Assembly: GCA_913009215.1 (NCBI GenBank)
Contig: CAJVXG010000001.1
Coordinates: 1-27,071 of the forward strand
DNA length: 27,071 nucleotides
Source: an uncultured Gammaproteobacteria bacterium
GTDB lineage: Bacteria; Pseudomonadota; Gammaproteobacteria; Acidiferrobacterales; CAJVXG01
Reading direction: 5' to 3'
Both the position numbers and the translations under genes were made by a program. Every line of letters starts with the position of its first letter. The first letter of the stretch is position 1. Of the stretch, positions 1 to 9,530 are shown one piece after another. A model generated the notes under the pieces. The model was not told the DNA's origin. It searched no databases and saw only the letters and a list, made by a program, of their open reading frames with translations.

Positions 1-1452
1 GCCGACAGCATTGACGGCGATTTGCCCCAGGCGCAACAACGCCTCGCCTTTGAAGAACTGCTGGCCTACCAATTGAGTATGCAACGCCTGCGTAGTCGAC
101 AGAAACAACAGCAGGCCAGTGTCACCACCAAAGACAGCCGTAGTAGTCAGGAATTAATAACACGTTTGCCGTTCCGACTCACCAATGCGCAACAACAGGT
201 ATTGCAGGAGATTCGCCATGACTTGCAGCAGGGCGTACCCATGCAGCGCCTGGTACAAGGCGATGTGGGGTCAGGGAAAACCATTGTAGCGGCCCTGGCG
301 GCCCTGGATGTGATTGATGCCGGATCACAGGTCGCCGTCATGGCGCCCACAGAAATCCTGGTGGAGCAGCATCTGAAAAACCTGAGTCATTGGCTGGTAC
401 CGCTGGGGCTTGAAGTCATTTCGCTGACCGGCAAACAAAACAGCAAAACCCGGCAACAATCACTGGAGATGTTGCGTTCCGGCCAGGCCCGGTTGGTGGT
501 AGGCACCCATGCCCTGTTTCAGGAAGACGTACGGTTTGCCAAACTGGGCCTGATCATTGTTGATGAGCAACATCGTTTCGGTGTCGACCAACGCCTGTCT
601 TTGTGGGAGAAGGGCAAACGGGATAATCGTTATCCACATCAGCTGGTGATGACGGCGACGCCAATTCCGCGCACACTGGCACAAACACTCTACGCCGATC
701 TTGATGTATCTATTATCGACAGCCTGCCACCAGGGAGGAAGCCGATTGAGACCGTCGTCGTATCCGATAAACGACGCGGCGACGTGGTGCAACGTGTTGC
801 CGCTGCCTGCCGACACGGCCGTCAGGCCTATTGGGTATGTCCCCTGATAGAAGAGTCCGATGTGCTGGAGCTACAGACGGCCACCGATATGGAAAAACGC
901 CTGCAACAGGCTCTGTCTGGACTCAGGGTTTCCCTGATTCACGGACGCATGAAGGCCAGTGAAAAAGAACGTATTATGCAGGATTTTCAGGGTGGCGCTG
1001 TCGATGTATTAGTGGCCACTACCGTGATTGAGGTTGGTGTCGATGTGGCCAACGCCACTCTGATGATTATCGAGCACGCCGAACGTTTGGGCTTGTCACA
1101 ATTGCATCAACTCAGGGGGCGTGTCGGTCGCGGAGAAGAGCAAAGTTGCTGTGTCATGATGTACCAACCCCCTCTGTCGGAACTGGCGCAACAGCGTTTG
1201 GCCGTGATGCGTGAGACCCAGGATGGTTTTGAGATTGCCCGTCGTGATCTTGAAATCCGTGGCCCTGGCGAAGTACTGGGTACGCGTCAAACCGGATTGC
1301 AGAATTTTCGTATTGCCGATGTCATTCGTGACCAGAAACTGTTGCCCGAAGTACAAAGAACGGCAAATCGTTTGCAGCAGGAATTCCCCGAACATATCCC
1401 GGACATTATTCATCGCTGGTTAGGTGAGTCTGAGAACTATGGTAATGTTTGA
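1..1452 (+). CDS. recG: ATP-dependent DNA helicase RecG (C-terminal part; gene runs off the 5' edge)
   Basis: Frame is open from base 1. SF2 helicase motifs QGDVGSGKT, DEQHRFG, MTATPIPRTL, HGRM, QLHQLRGRVGRG, and RecG/TRG motif DGFEIARRDLEIRGPGEVLGTRQTG. Confidence 0.97.
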   Translation, partial: ADSIDGDLPQAQQRLAFEELLAYQLSMQRLRSRQKQQQASVTTKDSRSSQELITRLPFRLTNAQQQVLQEIRHDLQQGVPMQRLVQGDVGSGKTIVAALAALDVIDAGSQVAVMAPTEILVEQHLKNLSHWLVPLGLEVISLTGKQNSKTRQQSLEMLRSGQARLVVGTHALFQEDVRFAKLGLIIVDEQHRFGVDQRLSLWEKGKRDNRYPHQLVMTATPIPRTLAQTLYADLDVSIIDSLPPGRKPIETVVVSDKRRGDVVQRVAAACRHGRQAYWVCPLIEESDVLELQTATDMEKRLQQALSGLRVSLIHGRMKASEKERIMQDFQGGAVDVLVATTVIEVGVDVANATLMIIEHAERLGLSQLHQLRGRVGRGEEQSCCVMMYQPPLSELAQQRLAVMRETQDGFEIARRDLEIRGPGEVLGTRQTGLQNFRIADVIRDQKLLPEVQRTANRLQQEFPEHIPDIIHRWLGESENYGNV

Positions 1453-1482
1453 TCAGTGCAATGTGTTGTGAGTAGCTGAATT

Positions 1483-2064
1483 TTGAATGACAAAGCATCA
1501 TGGATTTCACCCCACTGTTTTGGTCGCGATCCGCGCTGGAAACCGTACAGACAATACCGTATTTCAGGCATACCGCCGCGATATGTACCGTGGCTGACCG
1601 ATCGCAGTTCCTTGACGCAGCGCCTGATTCAGCATTGCTCCGGCAGGTTCCGGGTACAGTTGTTACGTCAGGGTTGGCGACGGCCAATGTGCAACGAGGC
1701 ATTGCGTCTGCAAATTCCCTGTGAGAGCTATGCACTGGTACGCGAAGTGCATTTGCTGTGTAACGATATCCCATGGGTCTACGCCCGTACGGTAATACCA
1801 CATTCCAGCCTGACCGGGCGTGAACGACGTTTGGCACATTTGCATAATCGTTCGCTTGGTGCCGTGCTGTTTTCTGATTCCAGCATGCGACGCGATGAAC
1901 TGGAGGTGTCAAAGATTTGTCATAATGATCGTTTGTTCGGCAGTATTATTATGGATTTTGATTTTCCGGATGAGGAGGTCTGGGGCCGGCGCTCGGTATT
2001 TTATTTGAGTAACAAGCCACTACTCGTGAGCGAAATATTTTTGCCAGATATCGTCGACAGATGA
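1483..2064 (+). CDS. ubiC: Chorismate pyruvate-lyase
   Basis: [39 protein letters not shown] and [22 protein letters not shown] motifs; overlaps ubiA by 4 nt (ATGA). Confidence 0.93.
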   Translation: MNDKASWISPHCFGRDPRWKPYRQYRISGIPPRYVPWLTDRSSLTQRLIQHCSGRFRVQLLRQGWRRPMCNEALRLQIPCESYALVREVHLLCNDIPWVYARTVIPHSSLTGRERRLAHLHNRSLGAVLFSDSSMRRDELEVSKICHNDRLFGSIIMDFDFPDEEVWGRRSVFYLSNKPLLVSEIFLPDIVDR

Positions 2065-2936
2065 ACAACAATTTCGTAATGCGCTTACGCGAATATACCC
2101 TGTTGATGCGACTGCATCGGCCCATTGGTATTTTATTATTGTTATGGCCCACACTTTGGGGGTTATGGACTGCCGCAGAAGGATTACCGAACTGGCTGGT
2201 ATTCATTGTCTTTGTCAGTGGTGTGGTATTGATGCGTTCTGCCGGTTGTGTCATTAATGATTATGCCGACCGGAATTTCGATGCTCGTGTGGAGCGAACG
2301 CGTCAACGGCCACTGGTACAAAAACGGGTGAGCAGCAAGGAAGCCCTGGTACTGTTCGTTGTATTGGCGCTCACTGCATTTATGCTGGTGTTATTAATGA
2401 ATCGGCTGACGATATATTTATCGTTTGCCGCTGTTGTTCTGGCGGCGAGCTACCCGTTCATGAAGCGCTATACGCATCTGCCGCAGTTTTATCTCGGCAT
2501 GGCCTTCGGTTGGGCGATACCCATGGCCTTTGCGGCACAAGGCAATAGCATCCCCCCGGTAGCCTGGGTTTTGTTTGCAGCCAATGTGTTCTGGGCCGTG
2601 GCTTACGATACCGCCTATGCTATGGTTGATCGCGATGATGATATCAAGATAGGCGTCAAATCCACGGCCATATTATTTGGCCGCTATGATCGTTTCATGA
2701 TTGGTTTGTGCCACGCGCTTTGTCTTGTGCTACTGGTTCTGGTGGGCCAGCTGATGAAATTGGACATGATTTTTTATGTTAGCCTCATCGTTGCTGCCGG
2801 TATCGCCGGATACCAGCAGCTATTGATTAGCAGGCGGGACAAGAAAAAATGTTTCCAGGCATTCCTGAACAACAACTGGTTTGGCCTGGTGGTATTTCTC
2901 GGGTTTGTATTAAGTTTTTTGCCGGGAGCAAAATAG
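2061..2936 (+). CDS. ubiA: 4-hydroxybenzoate polyprenyltransferase
   Basis: [61 protein letters not shown]; multi-TM protein. Confidence 0.97.
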   Translation: MNNNFVMRLREYTLLMRLHRPIGILLLLWPTLWGLWTAAEGLPNWLVFIVFVSGVVLMRSAGCVINDYADRNFDARVERTRQRPLVQKRVSSKEALVLFVVLALTAFMLVLLMNRLTIYLSFAAVVLAASYPFMKRYTHLPQFYLGMAFGWAIPMAFAAQGNSIPPVAWVLFAANVFWAVAYDTAYAMVDRDDDIKIGVKSTAILFGRYDRFMIGLCHALCLVLLVLVGQLMKLDMIFYVSLIVAAGIAGYQQLLISRRDKKKCFQAFLNNNWFGLVVFLGFVLSFLPGAK

Positions 2937-2949
2937 TGATGTACAGGAA

Positions 2950-3798
2950 TTGAAGGCATTTATGGTGGCAGACAGTAAAACAAAAAAATTTGCGGTCATG
3001 GGTCATCCGATCCGTCATAGCAAATCGCCCATGATTCACCGGGATTTTGCCGACCAGTTTGGTCTTGATATTAATTACGAGACTATCGATGTGGAGCCGG
3101 GCACCTTTGCCCAGACGGTACGTGATTTTCAGGCCAGCGGCGCCAGCGGTTGCAATGTTACGGTGCCTTACAAGATTGATGCCTTTGAGATCGCCGATGT
3201 CCGTAGCGAACGGGCGCAGCGCGCCGGTGCCGCCAACACCCTGATATTTGATGACCAAGACCGTATTTGTGCTGACAATACCGATGGTGTTGGCTTGTTG
3301 CGGGATATCACCCATAACCTGCAAGTGCCCCTGGAAAACAAACGTATACTTATCCTGGGTGCCGGAGGTGCCGTGCGGGGTATTGTACCCAGCCTGTTGA
3401 GCAAGCAGCCGATGTTATTGGTCATCGCCAATCGTACCGCTGCCCGCGCCAGGGAAATCGCGGCGCGCTTCGAAGACGAAGGTACTATTCTTGCGGGTGG
3501 CTATGAAGTCGTATCCGGTGCCGGGTTTGATGTCATTATTAATGCGACAGCGGCAAGCATGGAAGGTGAAATCCCGCCCATCCCGGAGCGTTGTCTGACA
3601 TCGAAGACGCTGGCCTATGATCTGATGTATTCCGACAAGCCGACACCATTCATGCTGTGGGCACGGATGCAGGGCGCCAGTAAAGTCACGGACGGGCTGG
3701 GTATGTTGGTGGAGCAGGCCGCAGAATCGTTTTATCTCTGGCATGGCAGGCGGCCGGAGACCTTGTCAGTGATGACAACCTTGCGGCCATCGTTGTGA
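2950..3798 (+). CDS. aroE: Shikimate dehydrogenase
   Basis: GHPIRHSKSPMIH, NVTVPYK, AANTL, DNTDGVG, GAGGAVRG, NRT, YDLMY, GLGMLVEQAAESF. TTG start with AGGA upstream (alternative ATG at 2962). Confidence 0.96.
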   Translation: MKAFMVADSKTKKFAVMGHPIRHSKSPMIHRDFADQFGLDINYETIDVEPGTFAQTVRDFQASGASGCNVTVPYKIDAFEIADVRSERAQRAGAANTLIFDDQDRICADNTDGVGLLRDITHNLQVPLENKRILILGAGGAVRGIVPSLLSKQPMLLVIANRTAARAREIAARFEDEGTILAGGYEVVSGAGFDVIINATAASMEGEIPPIPERCLTSKTLAYDLMYSDKPTPFMLWARMQGASKVTDGLGMLVEQAAESFYLWHGRRPETLSVMTTLRPSL

Positions 3799-3826
3799 AC
3801 TAAAAATACCAGATCTCTCTATACGG

Positions 3827-6406
3827 TCAGCGGTTCAGGGATACCACCTTCCCCCGGGTGCTTACTTCAATATCTACTGGTAATTCTTCTAATGGTTCTG
3901 ATATATAATTGCCCTGGACGTAGTCAACGCCAACAACCTTTAGTAGCCTCAAGATAGATACATTCTCGACGTACTCGGCAATGGTATGACGACCAAGAGA
4001 ATGGGCAATGTCATTAATAGAGGACACCATGGTGTGGTCGATATTGGCCTCTTTCATACCCTGCACAAAAGAACCGTCAATTTTGATAAATTCCACCAAT
4101 AAATGTTTCAGGTGGGTGAAGGAGCTGAAACCTGATCCAAAGTCGTCCAGGGCAAAGCGACAGCCCAATGTATTGAGTTCGTAGATCATTTTTTGTGCCG
4201 ACTCGAGATTTTCGATGGCCGTGGTCTCGGTAATCTCTAAAGTAATAGTCGAAGGATCGATGGGGTATTGCTTGAACAGATCTTGCATAAACGGCAGGAA
4301 ATTTTCATCGCTTACCGTCTGACCGGATATGTTAATGGAAAAATGAATATCGGTTCGGGTCTTGTGAATATTATAGAGTTGCTCGATCGCATGCGATACC
4401 ACCCAGCGATCGATTTCGCGCATCAGGTTAAAACGCTCGGCGGTAGGGATAAAGGCACCGGGTAAAATAATGTCACCGTCATGACCTTGCAGTCGCATTA
4501 ACACTTCATACATTTGGGTCTCGGGTCGTTGCGCCTGCAAATGCGACCACAAGTCCCCGGATTCCGGTAAATTATTCAGATCCAGCTCGGCCAATGGCAG
4601 AATCGGCTGATAATGCAATCGGAATAAATTACTCTCTAGTGCCTCTCGCAGACGGGTAGACCATCCCAGATCAAGATCCATATTGGTTTGGGTTTCGTTC
4701 TCGGGGATATATAAATGGGTCTGGTTACGTCCCTTGGATTTAGCGATATGACAGGCAATGTCGGCGTTGACCAACACCTCACCAGGGGACTGGCTGCGGT
4801 CGTTTATTATGGCGACACCGACACTGCCATTGATTTTGTAATTTTTACCACCGTAGTTAAAGGTACAGTCTTGTAACAGCTCTCGAAAGGTATCGGCTGA
4901 CTCCAGGACCCGCTCAGGATCGACATTACGCATGATCACGGCAAATTCGTCGCCGCCAATACGGGTCAGCAAGTCACTACTACGCAGACGATTACGTAGT
5001 TGTCGGGCAATTTTAACGAGCAATTGATCGCCCGCGGTATGGCCGGCGGTATCGTTGATGTATTTAAATCGATCAAGATCAATATAGACCAGACAGCTAA
5101 CTTCGCTGCTGCGGGCCAGTCGATTCACCTCATTATCCAGGGCCTCCTCAAAGAACCGGCGATTCAGCAATTCAGTCAAAGGATCGTGTGTTGCCTGCCA
5201 ACGGAGTTTCTTTTCCAGGTTCTTGCGTTCCGAAATATCCTTAAAGGCGACTACCGATCCCTCCTGTTTGCCGAGAATACGTAGCGGGTAAATCGTGCAT
5301 TCAACGGGGAGGGTCTTTTTTGCCTGGTTCCAGAACACCGTTTCTCTTGAGTAGACCTCATAACCGGAGCCATAGGCCTGCTGAATAAAGGATTTATCCC
5401 TGGCGATGGGACTGCCATCCTCATCGGAATGGTGGAATAGCTCATGAGGAGGTTGGCCAATGATTTTCTCGTCGTTTTCGTACCCCAGCATTTGCAGTGC
5501 TGCCGGATTAATAAAGGTCACCAGTCCCTCCTGGCTGACCCCATATACGCCTTCACCCACGGAATTAAGAATACCCTCCAGGCGATTACGTTGACCATCA
5601 ATGGAATTTTTGGCTCGTACCATACGGCTCATAGCGGCGATGCGGGCGAGAAATAATTCATTGGCCTCATTTTTAAACATACACTCAACGGCACCGGCTT
5701 GCAGAGAATCTTTTATTACCTCATCCAGATAGGCGCCGGTAATAATGGCGGTGATAATGTGATTGGTTGCCGGGTTGTCAAGTAATCGACGACATAGTTC
5801 GTCACCATTTATTTTTGGCATGAAATAATCGGTAATAGTAATGTCGTACTGGTTTTTCTCTGCCAGTTTCAGGGCCTGCTCGGCATTTTCGGCAACGTCT
5901 GTCTGGTAACCGTTTTTGTTCAGTAACCGTTTGTAGATGGCTCGTACCGTGGAGGAGTCATCGACGAACAGTATGCGGATCTGATTATCGGTATCAAGCG
6001 GTTCACTGCTATCTTTATCCTCTTTTTTTCTGGAGTTTGATAATTTTTCCAGCGAGTCGGTAACATCGTGATAAGTGTCCCATAAGATAATGGCCGTCAG
6101 GGGCCGGCGTGCGGCCCAATTGTGCATGTTGGCATCGGTCTCTTGCGCCATTACCAAAACCGGGACATGGGAAAACTCAGGCCTGGTCAGGTGATCCAGC
6201 ATGGCGTGATCGGGGATCTTGCCAAACTGGGGCCAACCCAAAACGATAGAAGAAAACGGGCATTCATCTTGCTGGGCATCCAGCAACAAATGTAGACCCA
6301 CCTCGCAATTTTCGGCCATGGTGATATCGTGACCGTGACGCAATAGCATTTTCGCCAATACATGGCGTTGGGTAGCGGACTTTTCAATCAGCAATATTTT
6401 GTGCAT
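3827..6406 (-). CDS. Response-regulator diguanylate cyclase/phosphodiesterase (degenerate REC-REC-PAS-GGDEF-EAL)
   Basis: REC2 ILFVDD...ITDYFMP; PAS EGVYGVSQEGLVTFINPAA; HDPLTELLNRR, YIDLDRFKYINDTAGH, RIGGDEF; EVL, DDFGSGFSS, IKIDGSFV, IAEYVE. GGAGG RBS upstream. Confidence 0.93.
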   Translation of the reverse strand: MHKILLIEKSATQRHVLAKMLLRHGHDITMAENCEVGLHLLLDAQQDECPFSSIVLGWPQFGKIPDHAMLDHLTRPEFSHVPVLVMAQETDANMHNWAARRPLTAIILWDTYHDVTDSLEKLSNSRKKEDKDSSEPLDTDNQIRILFVDDSSTVRAIYKRLLNKNGYQTDVAENAEQALKLAEKNQYDITITDYFMPKINGDELCRRLLDNPATNHIITAIITGAYLDEVIKDSLQAGAVECMFKNEANELFLARIAAMSRMVRAKNSIDGQRNRLEGILNSVGEGVYGVSQEGLVTFINPAALQMLGYENDEKIIGQPPHELFHHSDEDGSPIARDKSFIQQAYGSGYEVYSRETVFWNQAKKTLPVECTIYPLRILGKQEGSVVAFKDISERKNLEKKLRWQATHDPLTELLNRRFFEEALDNEVNRLARSSEVSCLVYIDLDRFKYINDTAGHTAGDQLLVKIARQLRNRLRSSDLLTRIGGDEFAVIMRNVDPERVLESADTFRELLQDCTFNYGGKNYKINGSVGVAIINDRSQSPGEVLVNADIACHIAKSKGRNQTHLYIPENETQTNMDLDLGWSTRLREALESNLFRLHYQPILPLAELDLNNLPESGDLWSHLQAQRPETQMYEVLMRLQGHDGDIILPGAFIPTAERFNLMREIDRWVVSHAIEQLYNIHKTRTDIHFSINISGQTVSDENFLPFMQDLFKQYPIDPSTITLEITETTAIENLESAQKMIYELNTLGCRFALDDFGSGFSSFTHLKHLLVEFIKIDGSFVQGMKEANIDHTMVSSINDIAHSLGRHTIAEYVENVSILRLLKVVGVDYVQGNYISEPLEELPVDIEVSTRGKVVSLNR

Positions 6407-6454
6407 TTTTTAGCCCCTCCAGCAGGAGCCGATTTCCCGTACACGGATAGAAAA

Positions 6455-6470
6455 TGCAAGAATCATGCCT
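6455..6470 (-). promoter_or_regulatory. Sigma-54 (RpoN) -24/-12 promoter of the GGDEF-EAL gene
   Basis: Minus strand AGGCATGATTCTTGCA versus consensus TGGCACG-N4-TTGCW: GG and GC correctly spaced, intergenic, correctly oriented, about 50 nt upstream of ATG 6406. Confidence 0.72.
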
Positions 6471-6527
6471 TGAATGCCTGGCAGAAAAGACCGGGCTATA
6501 GGATAACTATTTGGTTTAAAAAGGAGT

Positions 6528-7058
6528 TTATTTATTGAGGTAATCGTTTTTCAGGCTGACATAGTGTTGTGCCGAGTAATCGAACCACTTCATTTCCTTT
6601 TCACTTAGTTCCCGTTTGATTTTGACGGGGGCCCCCATCCACAAATAACCGCTTTCCAGTTCCCTGCCCTCTGGAACCAGGCTGCCGGCGGCCAGGAATA
6701 CATCCGCATGGATAATGGCGCCGTCGAGGATGGTGGAGCCAATGCCGATCAGACAGCGGTCATGAATGGTGCAGCCATGTACTGTTACGTTATGACCAAT
6801 GGTGACATCATCGCCAATATGCACGGCAAAACCCTGAGGATGTTCGCTATAGGGGTGGGTCACGTGGACCACGGTGCCGTCCTGGATATTGCTGCGATTA
6901 CCGACGCGAATTTTATTGATATCGCCGCGCAGTACTGCAAAAGGCCATACGGAACAGTCAGCGCCGATAACAACATCACCAATAACGAGTCCGGCATCGT
7001 CGATATAGGCCGTGCCATCAATCGTCGGCGAAATGTCTTTGTAATTTCTAATGGTCAT
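6528..7058 (-). CDS. Gamma-class carbonic anhydrase family protein (YrdA-like hexapeptide repeat)
   Basis: VIGDVVIGADCSVWPFAVLRGDIN, NIQDGTVVH, IGHNVTVHGCTI (three His ligands), LESGYLWMGAP. Confidence 0.93.
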   Translation of the reverse strand: MTIRNYKDISPTIDGTAYIDDAGLVIGDVVIGADCSVWPFAVLRGDINKIRVGNRSNIQDGTVVHVTHPYSEHPQGFAVHIGDDVTIGHNVTVHGCTIHDRCLIGIGSTILDGAIIHADVFLAAGSLVPEGRELESGYLWMGAPVKIKRELSEKEMKWFDYSAQHYVSLKNDYLNK

Positions 7059-7062
7059 AGCC

Positions 7063-7102
7063 AGTATAATGTCACCAGTTCTAGCGTAATGTCACCAATT
7101 CT
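7063..7102. repeat. Tandem 20-bp duplication (17/20 identity) spanning the gor stop codon
   Basis: 7063-7082 AGTATAATGTCACCAGTTCT and 7083-7102 AGCGTAATGTCACCAATTCT. Confidence 0.8.
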
Positions 7103-8433
7103 TCGGCGGCGGTCGGGTGAATCGCTACCGTGTTGTCGAGATCCCTCTTTAATGCTCCCATTTTAACCGCAACGGCAAAGCCCTGGATAATCTCATCGGC
7201 GGCCATTCCTATTATATGGCAACCCACTATTTTTTCCTGGTCGCCCACGGTCACCAGTTTTACCAGGGTTGGCGATTTCTGCCCGGTGATGGCAAAAAGC
7301 ATATTGATAAAGCGGGATTCATATATTCTGACGGCAGATTCACCAAACTTTTCTCGAGCCGCCTCTTCGGTCAGTCCGACCGTACCGATGGGGGGGTGGC
7401 TGAAAACAACGCTGGCAATATTATCGTAATCAAGTCTGGCGTCCTTTTGTCCCGCAAACAGGCGCTCGGCCAGTTTGCGACCGGCGGCAATGGCGACCGG
7501 CGTCAGTGCCGTACGGCCGGTGACATCACCAACGGCGTAAATATTATTGACCGAGGTATTTTGCCAGCGATCGGTCTCAATATAACCATTACTATCGAGC
7601 CGCACCCCGGTATTGGCCAGCGCCAATGGCGCCGTTAAGGGCCCACGACCAATGGCCCATATCAGGGTATCAATATGGCCCAGCGACTCCTCTTCGTTAT
7701 AGTGAATAGTGAGTTGACCATTACTGTCTTTGTCAATACTGCGGATGTTGCTGCTGGTCTGGATGTGGACCCCGGCCTTGATCATTTCCTCGATCAGGAC
7801 CTCGCGGATACTGGCATCAAAGTTACGCAAAAAGAATTCTCCCCGCAGTAACATCGTTACCCGGGTGCCAAGAGACTGTAACAATCCTGCAAATTCGACG
7901 GCGATGTAACCGCTGCCAACGATGACAGTATGTTTCGGTTGTTTCTCCAGTTCAAAAAAACCGGCATTGGTGATGCCGTGCTCCGCCCCGGGCAGATCCG
8001 GGACGACGGGGGTACTACCGGTGGCAATCAGGATATGTTCGGCACTATAGCTTTGATCATTCACTACCACCGTACGGGCATCTTTAAAATGCGCCGTGCC
8101 TGTGATTTCGGTTACCTCCGAGGCATCCAGATCGCGATGATAGATGTCATTGAGGCGTTCCACATAGGTATCGCGTTTTTGTTTTAGTGCGCCCCAGTCA
8201 AAGCCCTTGAAGTCAGCATCAAAACCGTAGTCTTTGGCAAGATGCAATACCTCGGCAATACTGGCGGTATTCCACATCACTTTTTTTGGAACGCAACCGA
8301 CATTGACGCAGGTGCCGCCGATGGATGCATTTTCGATAATGGCGGTGCGGGCGCCGTGTGCCGCGGCACGACGGGCCGAAGCGATGCCTCCACTGCCGCC
8401 ACCGATAACCAGATAGTCAAAATGATTGCTCAT
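7081..8433 (-). CDS. gor: Glutathione reductase (start corrected to ATG 8433, 450 aa)
   Basis: GGGSGG, GGTCVNVGCVPKK redox disulfide, GSGYIAVE, YAVGDV, TVAIHPTAAEE. The longer track ORF (to 8544) overlaps srkA and has no family similarity before MSNHFDY. Confidence 0.96.
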   Translation of the reverse strand: MSNHFDYLVIGGGSGGIASARRAAAHGARTAIIENASIGGTCVNVGCVPKKVMWNTASIAEVLHLAKDYGFDADFKGFDWGALKQKRDTYVERLNDIYHRDLDASEVTEITGTAHFKDARTVVVNDQSYSAEHILIATGSTPVVPDLPGAEHGITNAGFFELEKQPKHTVIVGSGYIAVEFAGLLQSLGTRVTMLLRGEFFLRNFDASIREVLIEEMIKAGVHIQTSSNIRSIDKDSNGQLTIHYNEEESLGHIDTLIWAIGRGPLTAPLALANTGVRLDSNGYIETDRWQNTSVNNIYAVGDVTGRTALTPVAIAAGRKLAERLFAGQKDARLDYDNIASVVFSHPPIGTVGLTEEAAREKFGESAVRIYESRFINMLFAITGQKSPTLVKLVTVGDQEKIVGCHIIGMAADEIIQGFAVAVKMGALKRDLDNTVAIHPTAAEELVTLR

Positions 8434-8452
8434 ATAGGTCAGACTATCATAA

Positions 8453-9451
8453 TTATTTCTGCCAACGCAGGGGCGGTTCCTGTAGCAAGGCCTGTTGTTC
8501 TCGTAAAGACAGAATTTGTTCCTCCCAGTAACGGACGCTGTCAAACCACGGGAAATTGCGCGGGAAGGCCGGGTCGTCCCATCGTTGTGCCAGCCAGGCG
8601 TTGTAGTGTAACAGGCGCAAAGTACGCAACGGTTCTATCAGCGCCAGTTCGGCAGGATTGAGTTCAGAAAACTGGGTATAGCCTTCAAGGACGTCGGCCA
8701 GTTGCTGTTCCATATCTTCGCGATCACCCGAAAGTAACATCCAGATATCCTGAATTGCCGGGCCCATACGGCAATCATCAAGGTCAACAATGTGTGGTCC
8801 GGTATCGGTCCACAGAATGTTGCTTAGGTGACAATCTCCGTGCAGGCGCTGCACATCAACTGTATCGGTAGCGGCAAAAATAGACTCAATACCCTGTAAT
8901 AAAATGTCGGTCAGGGTATTGAAAGGAGTACGTAAATGCTCAGGGATAAAAGGACTGTCTTGCAAGACCTTAACCGCCCGATAACCAAAACTGTCAATAT
9001 CCAGTGTTGGCCGGTGCCGGAACGGTTCCGATCGTCCCAGGGTATGCAACCGTCCCAGGTAACGCCCTAGTAGCGCCCGGTCGTCGCTACTATTGAGTTC
9101 CGGGGATCGGCCCGGTTGCCAGGGAAACAGGGCAAAACGAAAACCCTTAAACTCAAACAGGGTATCACCTTTGTAATTGCCTGGTGCTACCACCGGGATT
9201 TCGTGTTCAGTCAGTTGTGCCGCAAAACGATGTTCTTCAAGAATGGCGTCATTGGACCAGCGCCCCGGCCGGTAAAACTTGGCCGCCAGCGGTCCCTGGT
9301 CCTCGGTGTCTATGCGATAGACCCGGTTCTCGTAGCTGTTTAGTGCCAAAAAGGCGCCTGTGCACCGATAGCCTCGTGTCTCCACGGCATCGAGCATGAC
9401 TTCCGGTGTCAGGGTATCATAGGGGTGGAGGGGTGTTGTTGCTGCGTTCAT
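8453..9451 (-). CDS. srkA: Stress response serine/threonine kinase SrkA (RdoA/YihE)
   Basis: LNSYENRVY, KFYRPGRWS, ILEEH, RLHGDCH, DLDDCRMGPAIQDIWMLL, WLAQRWDDPAFPRNFPWF. Confidence 0.95.
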   Translation of the reverse strand: MNAATTPLHPYDTLTPEVMLDAVETRGYRCTGAFLALNSYENRVYRIDTEDQGPLAAKFYRPGRWSNDAILEEHRFAAQLTEHEIPVVAPGNYKGDTLFEFKGFRFALFPWQPGRSPELNSSDDRALLGRYLGRLHTLGRSEPFRHRPTLDIDSFGYRAVKVLQDSPFIPEHLRTPFNTLTDILLQGIESIFAATDTVDVQRLHGDCHLSNILWTDTGPHIVDLDDCRMGPAIQDIWMLLSGDREDMEQQLADVLEGYTQFSELNPAELALIEPLRTLRLLHYNAWLAQRWDDPAFPRNFPWFDSVRYWEEQILSLREQQALLQEPPLRWQK

Positions 9452-9530
9452 GGAGGTTCCGATTTTGTCAGCCTATGCTGTCGTGGTAAATTAGTTCGTA
9501 TCTATTAAAAGGAATACGTATTGTAATGTT

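Noticed and set aside
8434-8544. 37-aa N-terminal extension of Gor in the ORF track
   Set aside because: Overlaps the 3' end of srkA; family similarity starts at MSNHFDY (ATG 8433).
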